DNA of 15,134 nt, from positions 1-15,134 of the forward strand of contig JBFGLM010000082.1 in the NCBI GenBank assembly GCA_041576165.1. The letters are read 5' to 3'. Below the pieces are notes generated by a model. It did not search any database. It saw nothing but the letters and a program-made list of their open reading frames with translations, and was not told where the DNA came from. Numbering within the stretch: position 1 is the stretch's first letter; each line of letters starts with the position of its first letter. Made by a program: the position numbers and the translations under genes. The stretch is from Acidimicrobiia bacterium (GTDB lineage Bacteria > Actinomycetota > Acidimicrobiia > Spongiisociales > Spongiisociaceae). Of the stretch, positions 14,939 to 15,134 are shown one piece after another.

Positions 14939-15134
14939 ATGTGGGGTCGTATTCGCATCCGCTCCTGGCTCGTAGCTGTAACGGGATTCGTCGCGCTGGT
15001 AGCTGCGTGCGGATCGGGCGGGCTGTTCTCGGACCGTGAGCTGCCGGCCGAGGACTGCGCCGACATCGACCTGGCGGACTATGCCGACACGGACAGCGAA
15101 GTGCGGCTGACGATTGGCGGGCCCATCGTCAGCC
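14939..15134 (+). CDS. Putative lipoprotein, N-terminal part (runs off the window edge)
   Basis: Manual translation MWGRIRIRSWLVAVTGFVALVAACGSGG...: basic n-region, hydrophobic h-region, lipobox VAAC; frame open to the end. Confidence 0.65.
   Translation, partial: MWGRIRIRSWLVAVTGFVALVAACGSGGLFSDRELPAEDCADIDLADYADTDSEVRLTIGGPIVS

Overview
High-GC window, most likely from a flagellated actinobacterium (inferred from GC content, the actinobacterial-type FlgN and FliA, and gene content). It carries a rearranged piece of a flagellar gene cluster: flhB-flhA-(FlhF-position gene)-small membrane protein; a reverse-strand degenerate GGDEF gene and flbD; flgN-flgK-flgL-fliW-csrA; a reverse-strand small ORF plus a second flgN-like gene; and fliA followed by HDOD, a pentapeptide-repeat/K+-channel fusion and a second HDOD. 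It is flanked by a truncated ExeM/NucH-like secreted nuclease and a truncated lipoprotein. The non-coding DNA shows a readable regulatory circuit. An exact CT(A/T)A-N16-GCCGAC sigma28-type promoter precedes four transcription units, including the K+-channel gene, with two N17 variants before flbD and fliA. Two tandem TCAC-N5-GTGA (BldD-box-like) sites lie over the fliA promoter. With an RxxD-retaining inactive GGDEF protein, this suggests a c-di-GMP/BldD -> FliA motility circuit with unusual accessory outputs. All functional links are inferred from sequence only.
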